A stretch of DNA of 64,000 nucleotides from Pseudomonadota bacterium (GCA_043806915.1 JAZDGM010000102.1:4476-68475); one strand, 5' to 3'. Counted from the stretch's first letter, positions 32,401-43,264 are shown. The notes: generated by a model not told the origin, from the sequence alone. Translations and numbers: made by a program.

Positions 32401-32958
32401 GGGGCCGGAAACCTGCTGGGGGCGGCGCAATCGGGCCAGATCGCCGCCGTGGGATACGATATGTACGTGCAGATCATGGAGAAGGCGATTCAGGAACTAA
32501 AAGGAGAAAAATACATCGAGGAGATCGAGCCGGAGATGGTCCTGGGCCTGCCGGCCTATATTCCGGAATCCTATATCCCCGACACCGAACAACGCTTGGT
32601 TCATTACCGACGTCTTTCATCCATCAAGGGTCCGGCCGAAATCGAGGACGCGGCGGACGAGTTGGTCGACCGCTATGGCCCGCCTCCCACGGAAGTCAGC
32701 AACCTGCTCCTGGTCATGGAGATCAAGCACTGGCTGAAAAAGGCGCGGGTCAAGAAGCTGGAGATTGGGGGCGCCGGCATGACCTTGACCTTCGCCGAGT
32801 CCGGGCCTCCCAACCCGGACCGTATTCTGGAGCTTCTGAAATCCCAGCCCGATCGCTTCCGCCTTTCTCCCGAGGGCCGTCTTTTCCTTCGTCTCGAGGG
32901 ACTCGATGGAGCCAAAGGGTTGACCCGGGCGAAAAACATCTTGCAAGGCTTGATTTGA
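29470..32958 (+). CDS. mfd: transcription-repair coupling factor Mfd
   Basis: ORF 29380..32958; ATG 29470. CarD-like GDFVVHVDHGVGQYLGL, helicase motifs CGDVGYGKTEVALRAAF and VIDEEHRFGV, TRG/translocation region IYQLRGRVGRS. Confidence 0.95.
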   Translation: MDETIRYSGDAAVLIPPSRGRTCFCGLNSSAAAFVVAEMLRRRPEAFLIYLPTPLEAEDFVRDLEFFWPEGASSGAVMPCPAYEIKPFAGESPSPDLVFARLAALSALMNGRKPLAVVVSAPGAMQLSLPKKALSDHTEYLESGQEVDRDALLGNLARMGYYSTAMVQSQGDFSVRGGILDFYPPGASRPVRAEFFGDTVESLRSFRTLDQRSQEDLVEQIILPASEIIYRPGTEAEAAGGMEELCRGQGWLDLLWAPLVEKIASGQFFPGVDSFLPLFYDQLASVRDYAGPGVIHLFFEPDRVVEAGLAFHDRLNSHMDKILAEERPHLPLARLFLDPLSLRAVPAGSPVIEIQELAFDGEAEKTVHFPVETHRDIQAMIGGARGGDGLLAPLAARIKTWMSRDLNVTLACHTREQARRMAELLEDYQLAPGLDFERRLPPLDGKPRLTIVVGFLSSGFCLAPSGRVFVTEDELFGPKRRVIRRAVEEVKGIHLSSFQDLSVGDFVVHVDHGVGQYLGLVTLQAGGKSNDYLHLSYKGGDKLYVPVDRFGAVGKYIGSDDRPPALDKLGGTSWERVKARIKESIREMAEELLKLYAARQVKKGFTFSGRDSLLREFEASFEYEETPDQQAAIDEVLKDMLSDKPMDRLVCGDVGYGKTEVALRAAFRAVGDGKQAAVLVPTTILAEQHYQTFFNRLKNYPIEVEVLSRFKKPSQQKEILARLAEGRVDVIVGTHRLLQKDVAFRDLGLLVIDEEHRFGVAAKEKIKKMRTEVDVLTLSATPIPRTLHMSLSGIRDLSVIETPPQDRRSIKTHLLKYDEATICEAIAAELDRGGQVFFVHNRVKDIEMLAGRIRKLMPLVRFGVAHGQMKERELEAVMLGFLRREIDVLVTTTIIESGLDFPSANTIIINNADRFGLAQIYQLRGRVGRSTAQAFAYLLVAGPENLTRDARKRLRALLDFSELGAGFKIALHDLQIRGAGNLLGAAQSGQIAAVGYDMYVQIMEKAIQELKGEKYIEEIEPEMVLGLPAYIPESYIPDTEQRLVHYRRLSSIKGPAEIEDAADELVDRYGPPPTEVSNLLLVMEIKHWLKKARVKKLEIGGAGMTLTFAESGPPNPDRILELLKSQPDRFRLSPEGRLFLRLEGLDGAKGLTRAKNILQGLI

Positions 32959-32967
32959 CGGAATAAT

Positions 32968-34020
32968 ATGAAAAAGTTAACGGCCTTTCGACCTTCCCCG
33001 CCGCCGGCGGGAAAGTCGCGCTCGAACGGCGCGAGACCCGCGGCCTCGGACGGAAGTTCCCGGCGGACCGGATTGCCGGGGCTGCTTCTGTTATGGAGCC
33101 TCGTGGTTCTGTTCGGGTGTTCCGGACGCATGGACGACAATACGGTCGCGGTGGTCAATGGCCGGGTTATCGACAAAGCGGCCTTGGAGCGGGCGGAAAG
33201 GCCTTGGGCGGAGCTGAGTTTGTCCGATGAAAGGAAATTGTTCTTCCGGAGGAAAGCGATTCAGCAGTTGATTGACGAAACCCTGATTCTCGAGGACGCC
33301 AAGCGTTCGGGCCTGATGGTCTCGGACGTGGAATTGGAAAAATGTCTAAAGGACTTCAAGTCCGATTATTCCGGACGGCAATTCGACGACATGATGATTC
33401 GGGAATATGTCAATCCGGATGAATGGCGGGAACGGGCGAGGGAAAACCTATTGATCGGAAAAGTCACCGAAATCCGAACGCGCGAGCGGGAAACGCTCCA
33501 AGCCGGAGAATGGAAGGCTTTCTTTCAGGACCGTCTTCGTCGGGAAACCGGAAGAATCCGGCTCAAGGTGGCTCATATTTCTTTTTCCAAGCGGGAACAC
33601 GCGATTGAGGCCCTGACCAGGATAAAAGCGGGAGATGACCTGGAAGCGGTCGCCCGGGACATGACCGCCAGGGACCACGCGGTGGTAATCGGCGCTCCGG
33701 TCTGGATCGATCCCAGCCGGAGCGGGTCGGTCCTGGCGAACACCCTGTCCGGATTGTCCGACGGCCAGGCCTCGACGATCCTGGAAACCAAATTGGGGTA
33801 TTCAATTTTCAAGGTGGTCGAATCCGAGAGAAACCGGCGGATCGACCCGCGACTTTTTCTGATCGAGACTCGCAAGGAGTTTCTGGCCCGGCAAAAAGCC
33901 CAGGCCTATGCCGTTTGGATCAAGGAGTTGAGGGCCGCTTCCCGGATTTCCATCAACCAGTTTTTTTTGAATGGGGACGCGACTCGGGAAATGAATGAAA
34001 AGAAGGTGGATAATAGATGA
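32968..34020 (+). CDS. SurA-N/parvulin-type peptidyl-prolyl isomerase, probable lipoprotein
   Basis: LLLLWSLVVLFGC lipobox-like signal. SurA-N-like region (VAVVNGRVIDKAALER..). Degenerate parvulin domain (KVAHISF..GYSIFKVVE). The position after mfd is common in deltaproteobacteria (recollection). Confidence 0.7.
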   Translation: MKKLTAFRPSPPPAGKSRSNGARPAASDGSSRRTGLPGLLLLWSLVVLFGCSGRMDDNTVAVVNGRVIDKAALERAERPWAELSLSDERKLFFRRKAIQQLIDETLILEDAKRSGLMVSDVELEKCLKDFKSDYSGRQFDDMMIREYVNPDEWRERARENLLIGKVTEIRTRERETLQAGEWKAFFQDRLRRETGRIRLKVAHISFSKREHAIEALTRIKAGDDLEAVARDMTARDHAVVIGAPVWIDPSRSGSVLANTLSGLSDGQASTILETKLGYSIFKVVESERNRRIDPRLFLIETRKEFLARQKAQAYAVWIKELRAASRISINQFFLNGDATREMNEKKVDNR

Positions 34021-34976
34021 AACTTGGTCAAGGGGTCGCTCTAGGGACCATGATTTTTTCCCTGCTTTTTTGCCCGGTCAAGGCCGAGGCCAAGATTGTG
34101 GACCGCATCGTGGCCACGGTCAACGGTCAGATCATCACCATGAAGGAGATCAACCAACGGTTGGAACCTTATGTCCAGACCTCCGGCATAACCGACGAGG
34201 TTGAGATCAATGCCGTCCGGAGAAAGATTCTGGACGCCTTGATCGATCAGGTCTTGCTGGAACAGGAGGCGCGGCGTCTGGACATCAAGGTCGGCGATGA
34301 CGAAGTCGAGGGGGCCATTGAAAGGCTCAAGGAAGCCGGCAATATGACCCAGGAGCAATTCGAGGCGAGGGTCGTCAGTCAAGGCGGGACCCTGGGCGGC
34401 GTCAGGGATGATGTCAAGGCGGAAATCCTGAGGGCCAGGGTGATCAACCAGGAAATTCGTTCCCGGGTGATAGTTCCCCCCGAGAAGGTGGAAGAGATTT
34501 TACACGCGCAAAAGGGAGAGGCCAAGCTTACGGAAATGGCTCATATCCGTAATATTCTTCTCTCGTTGGGGCCGAAGGCCGGCCAGGAGGAGATAAAATC
34601 ACGCGTCGCGCTGGCTGAAAAGATCATTCAGGAAATTAAGGACGGCCTTGACTTTACCAAGGCCGCGGAAAAATACTCGGACGGACCCAACGCCGCCCAG
34701 GGCGGGGAAATGGGCCTGATATCCTGGGACGACATGGCTCCCAACATCCGTGAATCGTTGGAAAAAATTGAACCGGGCCAGTTTACCGAACCCCTCGTCG
34801 TCGGGGAAGCTGTTCAATTTTTTCAGTTAGTAAGCAGGGTTACCGAGGATGCCAGGGCTACCGAAGAGGAACTGACCAGGATCAAAAAAAACCTGGCCGA
34901 TGAAATCGTCGAGGAAAAGGTGGGCGAATGGCTTAAACAATTGCGTGAACACGCCATTATCAAAATAAAATTTTAG
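34017..34976 (+). CDS. SurA-like periplasmic chaperone/PPIase
   Basis: ATGA overlap with the previous gene. Signal peptide [48 protein letters not shown] is a SurA N-domain. Parvulin domain: [28 protein letters not shown]. Confidence 0.8.
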   Translation: MKLGQGVALGTMIFSLLFCPVKAEAKIVDRIVATVNGQIITMKEINQRLEPYVQTSGITDEVEINAVRRKILDALIDQVLLEQEARRLDIKVGDDEVEGAIERLKEAGNMTQEQFEARVVSQGGTLGGVRDDVKAEILRARVINQEIRSRVIVPPEKVEEILHAQKGEAKLTEMAHIRNILLSLGPKAGQEEIKSRVALAEKIIQEIKDGLDFTKAAEKYSDGPNAAQGGEMGLISWDDMAPNIRESLEKIEPGQFTEPLVVGEAVQFFQLVSRVTEDARATEEELTRIKKNLADEIVEEKVGEWLKQLREHAIIKIKF

Positions 34977-34989
34977 GTTGGAACGGAAA

Positions 34990-36291
34990 ATGGAAAAACC
35001 GTGGATAAGGATCGCCGAGGCCGGCGGATACGTCGACCGCGAGGTCACGATGAAAGGCTGGGTCTACAACCATAGGTCTAGCGGAAAAATCCATTTTATC
35101 ATCTTCCGTGATGGCTCGGGCTTCATTCAGACGGTCATGGGGCGCAAGGACGTATCCCCCGAGGTTTTCGAACTGGCGGGCGGCTTGACCCAGGAATCCT
35201 CCATCGTCGTCACGGGCGTGGTTCGCCAGGACAGCCGGGCGCCGGGAGGGTGCGAGCTTGCCCTGACGGACTTGAAGTTGGTGAACCTGGCGATGGAATA
35301 TCCTCTTTCCCCCAAGGAGCACGGCCCTGATTTTTTGCTTCGCCACCGGCATCTATGGCTGAGAACCCCTCGGCAACGAGCCCTCATGGCCGTCAGGGCG
35401 GAACTGATCCGGGCCATCCGGGATTTTTTCGACGAGCGTGGCTTTATCCTGCTGGACTCGCCAATTCTCACGCCCAACGCCTGCGAGGGCACGACCACCC
35501 TGTTTGCCACGGATTATTTCGATCAGGGGAAGGCGTTTATGACGCAGAGCGGGCAGCTTTACGCCGAGGCCGGAGCCATGGCCCTGGGCAAGGTTTATAC
35601 TTTCGGGCCGACCTTTCGGGCGGAAAAATCCAAAACCAGACGGCATTTGACTGAATTTTGGATGGCGGAGCCGGAAATCGCCTTCGCCGAGCTCGAGGAC
35701 ATAATGGTTCTCTCCGAGGAACTGATTATGTTCCTGGCGACCAGGGTTTTGGAAAACCGCCGGGAGGAGCTGAAAACCTTGGAGCGGGATTTGGGGCCCC
35801 TGGAACGACTCCGCCGCCCCTTTGTGCGAATGTCCTACACCGAGGCCCTGGAAAAACTCAAAGCCTTGGGCGCGTCGCCCGTTTGGGGAGACGATTTGGG
35901 CGCTCCCGAGGAAACCTTGTTGTCCGGGCAGGTTGACCGCCCTATTTTGCTGCATCGGTACCCGGCCGAAGCCAAGGCTTTTTACATGAAGAAGGACCCG
36001 GAAGACCCTCGCGTGGTTCTCTGTCTGGACGTCCTGGCGCCGGAAGGCTATGGTGAAATCATCGGCGGGTCCCAGAGGGAAGACGACTTGGACGCCTTGA
36101 CCGGACGCATGGAAGCCGAGGGAATTCCCCTTGAACCCTTATCCTGGTATCTTGATTTGAGACGATACGGCTCGACGCCGCATGCCGGCTTCGGCTTGGG
36201 CTTGGAACGGGCCCTGGCTTGGCTTTGTGGTTTGAAACACGTACGGGAAGCGATTCCCTTTCCTAGGCTTATGGATAGGATTTATCCATAA
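34990..36291 (+). CDS. asnS: asparagine--tRNA ligase (compact Thermus/archaeal type)
   Basis: [25 protein letters not shown].., [24 protein letters not shown] and [39 protein letters not shown] match class IIb AsnRS almost throughout. A TTG at 34978 is an alternative start. Confidence 0.9.
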   Translation: MEKPWIRIAEAGGYVDREVTMKGWVYNHRSSGKIHFIIFRDGSGFIQTVMGRKDVSPEVFELAGGLTQESSIVVTGVVRQDSRAPGGCELALTDLKLVNLAMEYPLSPKEHGPDFLLRHRHLWLRTPRQRALMAVRAELIRAIRDFFDERGFILLDSPILTPNACEGTTTLFATDYFDQGKAFMTQSGQLYAEAGAMALGKVYTFGPTFRAEKSKTRRHLTEFWMAEPEIAFAELEDIMVLSEELIMFLATRVLENRREELKTLERDLGPLERLRRPFVRMSYTEALEKLKALGASPVWGDDLGAPEETLLSGQVDRPILLHRYPAEAKAFYMKKDPEDPRVVLCLDVLAPEGYGEIIGGSQREDDLDALTGRMEAEGIPLEPLSWYLDLRRYGSTPHAGFGLGLERALAWLCGLKHVREAIPFPRLMDRIYP

Positions 36292-36309
36292 AAAAAGCGG
36301 ATTGATCCA

Positions 36310-37284
36310 ATGAATGAACCAACGTTTGAAGGATTGGGCCTTCGACTGAAAGCCCGTCGGGAAGAAAAAGGGGTCTCTCTACGAGAGATTTCCGAAACAA
36401 CAAAGATTCCCGTTTCCGTTCTCGAGGCTATCGAGGCCGGTGATTCCAGCCGGCTTCCCGCCGTCGTTTTTATCAAGGGCTTTTTGAGGTCGTACGCCCT
36501 GGAAATCGGGATGTCTCCGGAAGAAGTAATCCAGGAGTATAAATTCCAGACTCCGGACCAAGTCGAACCGGCGGTGGTGCCGGTGACGGCCCGCCGGGAC
36601 GCCCTTCAAGGACCGTCCTACTGGATTGGACTTTTGGTGTTGGTCCTCGCGGTTATTGTTGGGGGCGGCGCGTACCTGCTTTATCCCCAATTCAAATCCG
36701 GCGGCCTGTTCGGACCGGCGCCGACGCCTCCGCCGGCGCTGGAGGAACAACAGGCGCCGCCGGAACAAACCGACGAAGTCGCCCAATCACCCGCAAGTCC
36801 GGTTCCCGCGGAGGAAGTTAAAAAGGACGTGGCGGAACCATCGAAACCGACCGAAGTCGCGGCCGCGGAACAGGAAACAATCGAACCGGCAGTGGTCGCG
36901 GAAGCCCCGAGCCCGACAACAAAGCCGGCCGAGGAACTCCCCCCGCCGGCCCCCGAAAGCACGGTGGCCGCTTCAATTCCGGTTCCGGAAACACCCGCCC
37001 CGGAAACGGCCGCGCCGGCCCAGGCCTCGGAAGGGACCCCCAGGGAACATCTGCTTAAACTGGAATTCATCGAGGAAGTCTGGGTTTCCTTGTTGATCGA
37101 CGGGAAAATCGTCAGGCACGGCCTTTATAAGTCGGGCATGAGCGAAACTTGGAACGCGGAAAGCGATTTTCGACTCAACGTCGGAAACGCCGGCGGGGTT
37201 AGGGTCTTTTTTGACGGCCAAGACTTGGGCGTCCCGGGCAAACAAGGTCAGGTGGTCAATATTGTCCTGCCCAAACCCGAATGA
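36310..37284 (+). CDS. rodZ: RodZ-like cytoskeleton protein (HTH, TM, Pro/Ala/Glu-rich linker, DUF4115)
   Basis: LGLRLKARREEKGVSLREISETTKIPVSVLEAIEAGD..LPAVVFIKGFLRSYA, one TM helix, a PAPE-rich linker, and C-terminal EEVWVSLLIDGK..LNVGNAGGVRVFFDGQDLG. Confidence 0.85.
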   Translation: MNEPTFEGLGLRLKARREEKGVSLREISETTKIPVSVLEAIEAGDSSRLPAVVFIKGFLRSYALEIGMSPEEVIQEYKFQTPDQVEPAVVPVTARRDALQGPSYWIGLLVLVLAVIVGGGAYLLYPQFKSGGLFGPAPTPPPALEEQQAPPEQTDEVAQSPASPVPAEEVKKDVAEPSKPTEVAAAEQETIEPAVVAEAPSPTTKPAEELPPPAPESTVAASIPVPETPAPETAAPAQASEGTPREHLLKLEFIEEVWVSLLIDGKIVRHGLYKSGMSETWNAESDFRLNVGNAGGVRVFFDGQDLGVPGKQGQVVNIVLPKPE

Positions 37285-37315
37285 AACTCCTCCGAACCCA
37301 CCGACTCCGTCGAGG

Positions 37316-37355
37316 GGGGCCGCGCCGTGATTCAACCGCGCGGCCCCGGTTTTTT
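37316..37355. terminator. terminator hairpin between convergent rodZ and the acyl-CoA ligase gene
   Basis: 10-bp GC stem GGGGCCGCGC/GCGCGGCCCC followed by GGTTTTTT on the plus strand. Confidence 0.75.
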
Positions 37356-37379
37356 CGGACCCCGGCTTGGCGCGAGGGC

Positions 37380-38906
<1,527 letters not shown>

Positions 38907-39212
38907 TTCATTGCTCCTTTTCTGGTGTGGGGGAAAAAGCCGAGGTAATGTTTTCTGGTTAGACTCGCTGGCCTAGGCCAAACAACGCACCTCCCCAATC
39001 ATCACGACCAAGCCGGGAACCACGCGCGCGAATGGCTGTCCTCCCGCCGCGAGGAACCGGTCTTGCCGGGAATTTTTTCTGTTTTTTGGAAATCGGACGG
39101 ATTATACCTCATCAGGGCCGGTCGGACAACCTGATTCGCGACTCCCGATTATCCCGGAGGCGGCATGTTCCCGGATTCACGAAGATGGGGCGCGGCCCGG
39201 GCGGCCGCCAAG

Positions 39213-39382
39213 GGGATACCATTTTCCCCGAAGGCGTGATAGGGTTGTTGATGGACATGGCGACGGAAAGGCCGGTTCTTGGGGCGGCGCGGCACGGGAA
39301 ATTTTTCGTTTGTATGAAAATGCCCGAAGGGTATTTTCATTGGTTGTTGTGACCGACATGACCCGCGGTCATGTCGGTTGGG
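39213..39382. repeat. hairpin-rich intergenic repeat, family 1 (copy B: one degenerate and one well-conserved unit in tandem)
   Basis: Unit 2 (39311..39382): TGTATGAAAATGCCCGAAGGGTATTTTCATTGGTTGTTGTGACCGACATGACCCGCGGTCATGTCGGTTGGG. Unit 1 (39213..39283) is a diverged copy (..GGATACCATTTTCCCCGAAGGCGTGATAGGGTTGTTGATGGACATGGCGACGG..). Lies in the divergent promoter region between the ligase gene and recO. Confidence 0.8.
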
Positions 39383-39533
39383 TGACGCATCCTCCTTTTG
39401 AGCGGATTGAAACGACGATTTAACAGGGCTTTGTTTTCAATCGCGAGCGCCCGCCGGCTTTTTCGGCGGGAAAAACGCGAGGACGAGATTATTCCTAGGA
39501 CAGGAAGAGACGGGGGCCGTTGACGGAAAACAG

Positions 39534-40313
39534 GTGAAATCCGGCAGGCATCAGCAGAGAGCGGTCATATTGGGGCGGGTGAACTATGGCGAGGCCGACC
39601 TGATTGTCAGTTTTTTGACAAGGGACCTGGGAAAAATATCCGGGATAGCCAAGCACGGCCGCAAAAGCCGGAAACGTTTCGGTAATGTTATCTCGCCGGG
39701 GGCCCTGGTCGAACTGACCTTCACCGTCAAGACCGGACGGGAGCTGGTCATTCTGGAATCCGGGGAGCTGGTGCGGGCCTTCGAGAACCTCGCCCAGGAC
39801 GTGACCTTGTTGGCCCGGGCCGGGCTCGCCCTGGAACTGACCGAGGCCTTTTGCGCGGCCCAGGACCCCGCCGAGAATATTTTTCAATTGTTGAATTGGG
39901 GCCTTGACCGTTTCGACCGCCACGCCCGGCCGGAAGAAGCCATGTTTCTTTTTTTGCTCAAGATGTTGCAGTTGTCCGGTTTCGGACCCAATGTCTCCAC
40001 GTGCCCGGTGTGCGGCAAGAAAGTCGAGCCCGGGCGGCCGGGGTCCCTGAAATGCGAACCCGGCGGATTGGTTTGCGACGATTGTTCTCCGGGAGGGTTC
40101 ACGGCCTCGCCGGGGACTATCAGGATGATGGCCCTGGTCCAGTCGTTGGGGCCGGACAAGATGGATCGCCCGCGGGTCGGGGAACAAGTCCTGAGGGAAG
40201 CCGGTCCCTTTTTGATGTCATTCATCCGCGGCCTGTTGGGTCGGGACCTGAAGGCCGCTTGTTTTTTGGAAAAAATTGAAGGAGACCGGGCGGCTCGTCC
40301 ATCCGGGATTTGA
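39534..40313 (+). CDS. recO: DNA repair protein RecO
   Basis: GTG start. AVILGRVNYGEADLIVSFLTRDLGKISGIAKHGRKSRKRF (OB fold) and a CPVCGKKV..CDDC zinc motif. Confidence 0.85.
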   Translation: MKSGRHQQRAVILGRVNYGEADLIVSFLTRDLGKISGIAKHGRKSRKRFGNVISPGALVELTFTVKTGRELVILESGELVRAFENLAQDVTLLARAGLALELTEAFCAAQDPAENIFQLLNWGLDRFDRHARPEEAMFLFLLKMLQLSGFGPNVSTCPVCGKKVEPGRPGSLKCEPGGLVCDDCSPGGFTASPGTIRMMALVQSLGPDKMDRPRVGEQVLREAGPFLMSFIRGLLGRDLKAACFLEKIEGDRAARPSGI

Positions 40314-40323
40314 AAGCCGAGAT

Positions 40324-41658
40324 ATGGGAAGAATCGTCGAGACCCCCGTGGTGTATGTCCCCGCCGGAGGCATTGTCACGGCCAAAAGAGAAGCTAAAAC
40401 CCTGGTCGCCGTCCTCGGGTCGTGCGTGGCGGTCGCCCTCAGCGATAAAAAGGCCGGAGTTGGAGGCCTGGCGCATCTGCTTCTTCCCCGGGGGAATGGC
40501 GGGTTCGATCCCCTCCGACCGGGAATGTTCGCCGACCCGGGGCTCAAGGTGCTGTTGGAACGGGTCATCGGGCTTGGGGCCGAGAAAGAGTCCCTGGAAG
40601 CTTGCGTGGCCGGCGGGGGGTTGATTGGACCCCTGACCGAGCGCGACCTGCGTTTCGACCCCGGCGGGCGAACGGTCGAGAGCGTCGGGCGTTTTTTGAC
40701 CGGGGAGGGAATTCCCATCCGTCAGTTCGAGACGGGAGGATATCTCGGGCGACGCCTGGATTTTTCCCTTCTGGACCTGGAAACGACCATCAATCCCGTG
40801 GTGGAGGTCGGGGAAGGGGAGCCTCTGTTCGCGACCAAGCCGACCGAGGAAGAGATCATGGCGGTCATCGGCCAAATTCGTCCCATTCCCCAGATAGCCC
40901 TAAACGTAATCCGCCTTCTGGGCAACGGGTCCTACAGTTGGCGGGAGATTCGGGACGAGGTGCGAAAGGACCAGGTCATCGGCGCCAGGATTCTGCACCT
41001 GTGCAATTCGGCCATGTCGGGCCTGAGGGAAAAAGTCGACGCCATCGACCGGGCCTTGGTCTTGTTGGGGGAAAAGCATTTATTCCACCTGATTATCTCG
41101 GCGGCTTGCGAGGACTATTTCTTGCAGCACGACCAGGGGTATTCCCTCTGCCGGGGCGGCCTGTATCTCCATGCGGTCAGGACGGCGGCCCTGGCGGAAC
41201 GGCTGGCCGTCCTGACCAAGCGCTGCCCGCCGGACCTGGCCTACACCGGCGGATTGCTCCATGACATAGGGAAAGTAGTCCTGGACCGCCTTGTGGCCGG
41301 GATTCAACCTTATTTTTACCGTCGGATCGGCGGGCAAGGCGTCCCCCTGGTCGAGGTCGAGTCGGAAGCCCTGGGGATCACCCATCCCCAAGCCGGCGAT
41401 ATCCTGGCCAAGGCCTGGAATTTGCCCCCTTTCCTGCGGGAAGTGATACGGCGGCATCACGAGCCTCGTCAAGCCGTTTTAAATCCTGTTCTGACCAACC
41501 TCGTTTTTTTGGCGGACCTGATCATGTTGCGGTATCAAAACGGGTTGGACCTGGAGTTTTTTGATGGAAAGGAAATACCGGGGGCCTTGAAAAAATTGGG
41601 ATTGACCATGGCGGATTTCCCGGAATTGATTCACCTGTCCCTGGACCTGCCGGTTTAG
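40324..41658 (+). CDS. CheD (chemoreceptor glutamine deamidase)-HDOD fusion protein
   Basis: N-terminal ~160 aa: LVAVLGSCVAVALSD..VGGLAHLLLP..EACVAGGG..GGRTVESVGRFLTGEGIPIRQFETGGYLGRRL = CheD. C-terminal ~260 aa: IPQIALNVIRLLGNGS..ILHLCNSAMSGLREKVDAIDRALVLLG..GGLLHDIGKVVL..HPQAGDILAKAWNLP..IRRHHEP = HDOD. The start could also be the TTG at 40276. Confidence 0.8.
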   Translation: MGRIVETPVVYVPAGGIVTAKREAKTLVAVLGSCVAVALSDKKAGVGGLAHLLLPRGNGGFDPLRPGMFADPGLKVLLERVIGLGAEKESLEACVAGGGLIGPLTERDLRFDPGGRTVESVGRFLTGEGIPIRQFETGGYLGRRLDFSLLDLETTINPVVEVGEGEPLFATKPTEEEIMAVIGQIRPIPQIALNVIRLLGNGSYSWREIRDEVRKDQVIGARILHLCNSAMSGLREKVDAIDRALVLLGEKHLFHLIISAACEDYFLQHDQGYSLCRGGLYLHAVRTAALAERLAVLTKRCPPDLAYTGGLLHDIGKVVLDRLVAGIQPYFYRRIGGQGVPLVEVESEALGITHPQAGDILAKAWNLPPFLREVIRRHHEPRQAVLNPVLTNLVFLADLIMLRYQNGLDLEFFDGKEIPGALKKLGLTMADFPELIHLSLDLPV

Positions 41659-41667
41659 AAAGGTTTT

Positions 41668-42405
41668 ATGGAAGAGCGCTTACAGAAGATTCTAGCCGCG
41701 GCCGGGTTTGCTTCCCGTCGCCGGGCCGAAAAAATGATTATGGCCGGCTTGGTCAAGGTCAACGGCCGGGTGGTGGACCGTCCGGGAACCAAGGCCGACC
41801 CCGAGACCGACCTGATTGAAGTGGACGGAAAGCCCCTGCGTCTACCGGAAGAAACGGTTTATTTTATTTTTTACAAGCCCGTCGGGTTTATCACCACGCT
41901 CAACGATCCGGCGGGCCGGCCGACCATCGCCCCCTTCCTGGCCAATCTCGGGGCCCGGGTCTATCCGGTGGGACGTTTGGACAATGACGTGGAAGGCCTC
42001 CTGGTTCTGACCAATGACGGAGAGTTGGCCGCCCGGCTGATGCATCCCCGGCATCACGTCCCCAAGACCTACCGGGTGAAGGTGAAGGGGCTGCCGTCCC
42101 GGGACGCGATCAGGCTATTAGCCTCGGGAACGATTTTGCTCGGGGACCGCCCCGCCGCTCCGGCGGAAGTGGAGCTGATCAAGAGCGACCAGGATCGGGC
42201 CTGGCTGCATATCACCGTGATCGAGGGCCGCCATCACCAGATCAAGCGCATGTGCTCCCAGGCCGGCCTCCCGGTGCTGAAACTGAAAAGGATTTCCTTC
42301 GGCCCCTTGACCCTGGGACGCCTGGAACCCGGGGCAATAAGGCGGCTTAAGCCTTCCGAGGTGCGGGAGTTGAAATCAGCGGCGGGTTTGTTGAAAAAAG
42401 GGTAA
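41668..42405 (+). CDS. rluB: 23S rRNA pseudouridine synthase, RsuA/RluB family
   Basis: S4 domain (RLQKILAAAGFASRRRAEKMIMAGLVKVNG). Catalytic VYPVGRLDNDVEGLLVLTNDGELA..HPRHHVPKTYRVKV. Confidence 0.85.
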   Translation: MEERLQKILAAAGFASRRRAEKMIMAGLVKVNGRVVDRPGTKADPETDLIEVDGKPLRLPEETVYFIFYKPVGFITTLNDPAGRPTIAPFLANLGARVYPVGRLDNDVEGLLVLTNDGELAARLMHPRHHVPKTYRVKVKGLPSRDAIRLLASGTILLGDRPAAPAEVELIKSDQDRAWLHITVIEGRHHQIKRMCSQAGLPVLKLKRISFGPLTLGRLEPGAIRRLKPSEVRELKSAAGLLKKG

Positions 42406-42416
42406 TGGAAAAAGAA

Positions 42417-42437
42417 GCGGCCGCTGAAAGCGGCCGC
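42417..42437. terminator. hairpin between convergent rluB and rpmB
   Basis: GCGGCCGC-TGAAA-GCGGCCGC, an 8-bp GC stem. No clear U-tract on either side. Confidence 0.5.
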
Positions 42438-42461
42438 GGGGGAAGGGATTGCTCGGCGTAA

Positions 42462-42686
42462 TCAAGCCTGGCCTTCGGCCTGGGGTTTGACGCGGGGGCC
42501 GGGCTTGATGACGCGCCCGGATTTAAGGCACTGGGTGCAGGCCTTGATCCGGCGGACGCGCCCGTTTTCCAGGTGCCGCACCGGCTGAAGATTCGGGACC
42601 CAGCGGCGCTTGGTTTTGTTGTGAGCATGGGAAACATTGTATCCGACATGGGACCGTTTTCCGCAAATATCACAAATTCTGGACAT
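42462..42686 (-). CDS. rpmB: 50S ribosomal protein L28
   Basis: [34 protein letters not shown].. matches the L28 N-terminus. AAGGGAG RBS. Confidence 0.95.
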   Translation of the reverse strand: MSRICDICGKRSHVGYNVSHAHNKTKRRWVPNLQPVRHLENGRVRRIKACTQCLKSGRVIKPGPRVKPQAEGQA

Positions 42687-42811
42687 TTCTGAATTCTCCC
42701 TTTTGGTTCATCACTAAAACGATATTTTTGGCATATTTGGGCAAAAAAGGCAAGAAAAAAGCTTGTGGAAAAACAAGAATCATGAACCGGCCGGGGGCGT
42801 CCCGTCCCGGT

Positions 42812-43264
42812 CTACCTTTTGACTCCCAGGCTCTTGGCCTTGACTTCCAGCAACTCCAAGCCCGCCAGTTGCAGCAAGGCGGCGGTCACTCCCTGCCCCC
42901 GGGGCCGGCCGTCGTCGTCGAAAAAGGCGTTGACGCCGCAAGAAGGGGACCGGTCCTTCAGGTAACACGCCGTCGCGCCCAACCTTCGGGCCAGGGCCAG
43001 GGTGATTTCGGCCCCGGTTTGAAAAGCGAGGGTGACATTTTCGCCCCTGGCGTCGATAACCAGGGCCCGGCCCCGGAGGACGTCCAGCCCGTCGCCGCCC
43101 GATAAACGGGCCGGAGGCCTGGGCGTCGCCAGGCCGCCGAGTTGTTCCGGGCAGACGGCGAACCAGCGCCGGCCCTTGAGAAAGGAGATCAATTCCGGGC
43201 TGGGGGACAACCGCCCGTCATAACGGCAGGGGCGACCCGCCAGGCAGGCGCTGACCAGGATCAT
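42812..43264 (-). CDS. DUF523-family protein (YbbK-like)
   Basis: MILVSACLAGRPCRYDG..AVCPEQLGGLATPRPPA..YLKDRSPSCG pattern of DUF523. Confidence 0.75.
   Translation of the reverse strand: MILVSACLAGRPCRYDGRLSPSPELISFLKGRRWFAVCPEQLGGLATPRPPARLSGGDGLDVLRGRALVIDARGENVTLAFQTGAEITLALARRLGATACYLKDRSPSCGVNAFFDDDGRPRGQGVTAALLQLAGLELLEVKAKSLGVKR

Noticed and set aside
39213-39382. Could the tandem family 1 units (and the copy at 6396..6496) be a small CRISPR array?
   Set aside because: There are only two units, and they are about 70 nt long and internally modular. The first is strongly degenerate and the single 26-nt spacer is GC-rich filler. No cas genes or leader are present. The same element recurs inverted at another locus.
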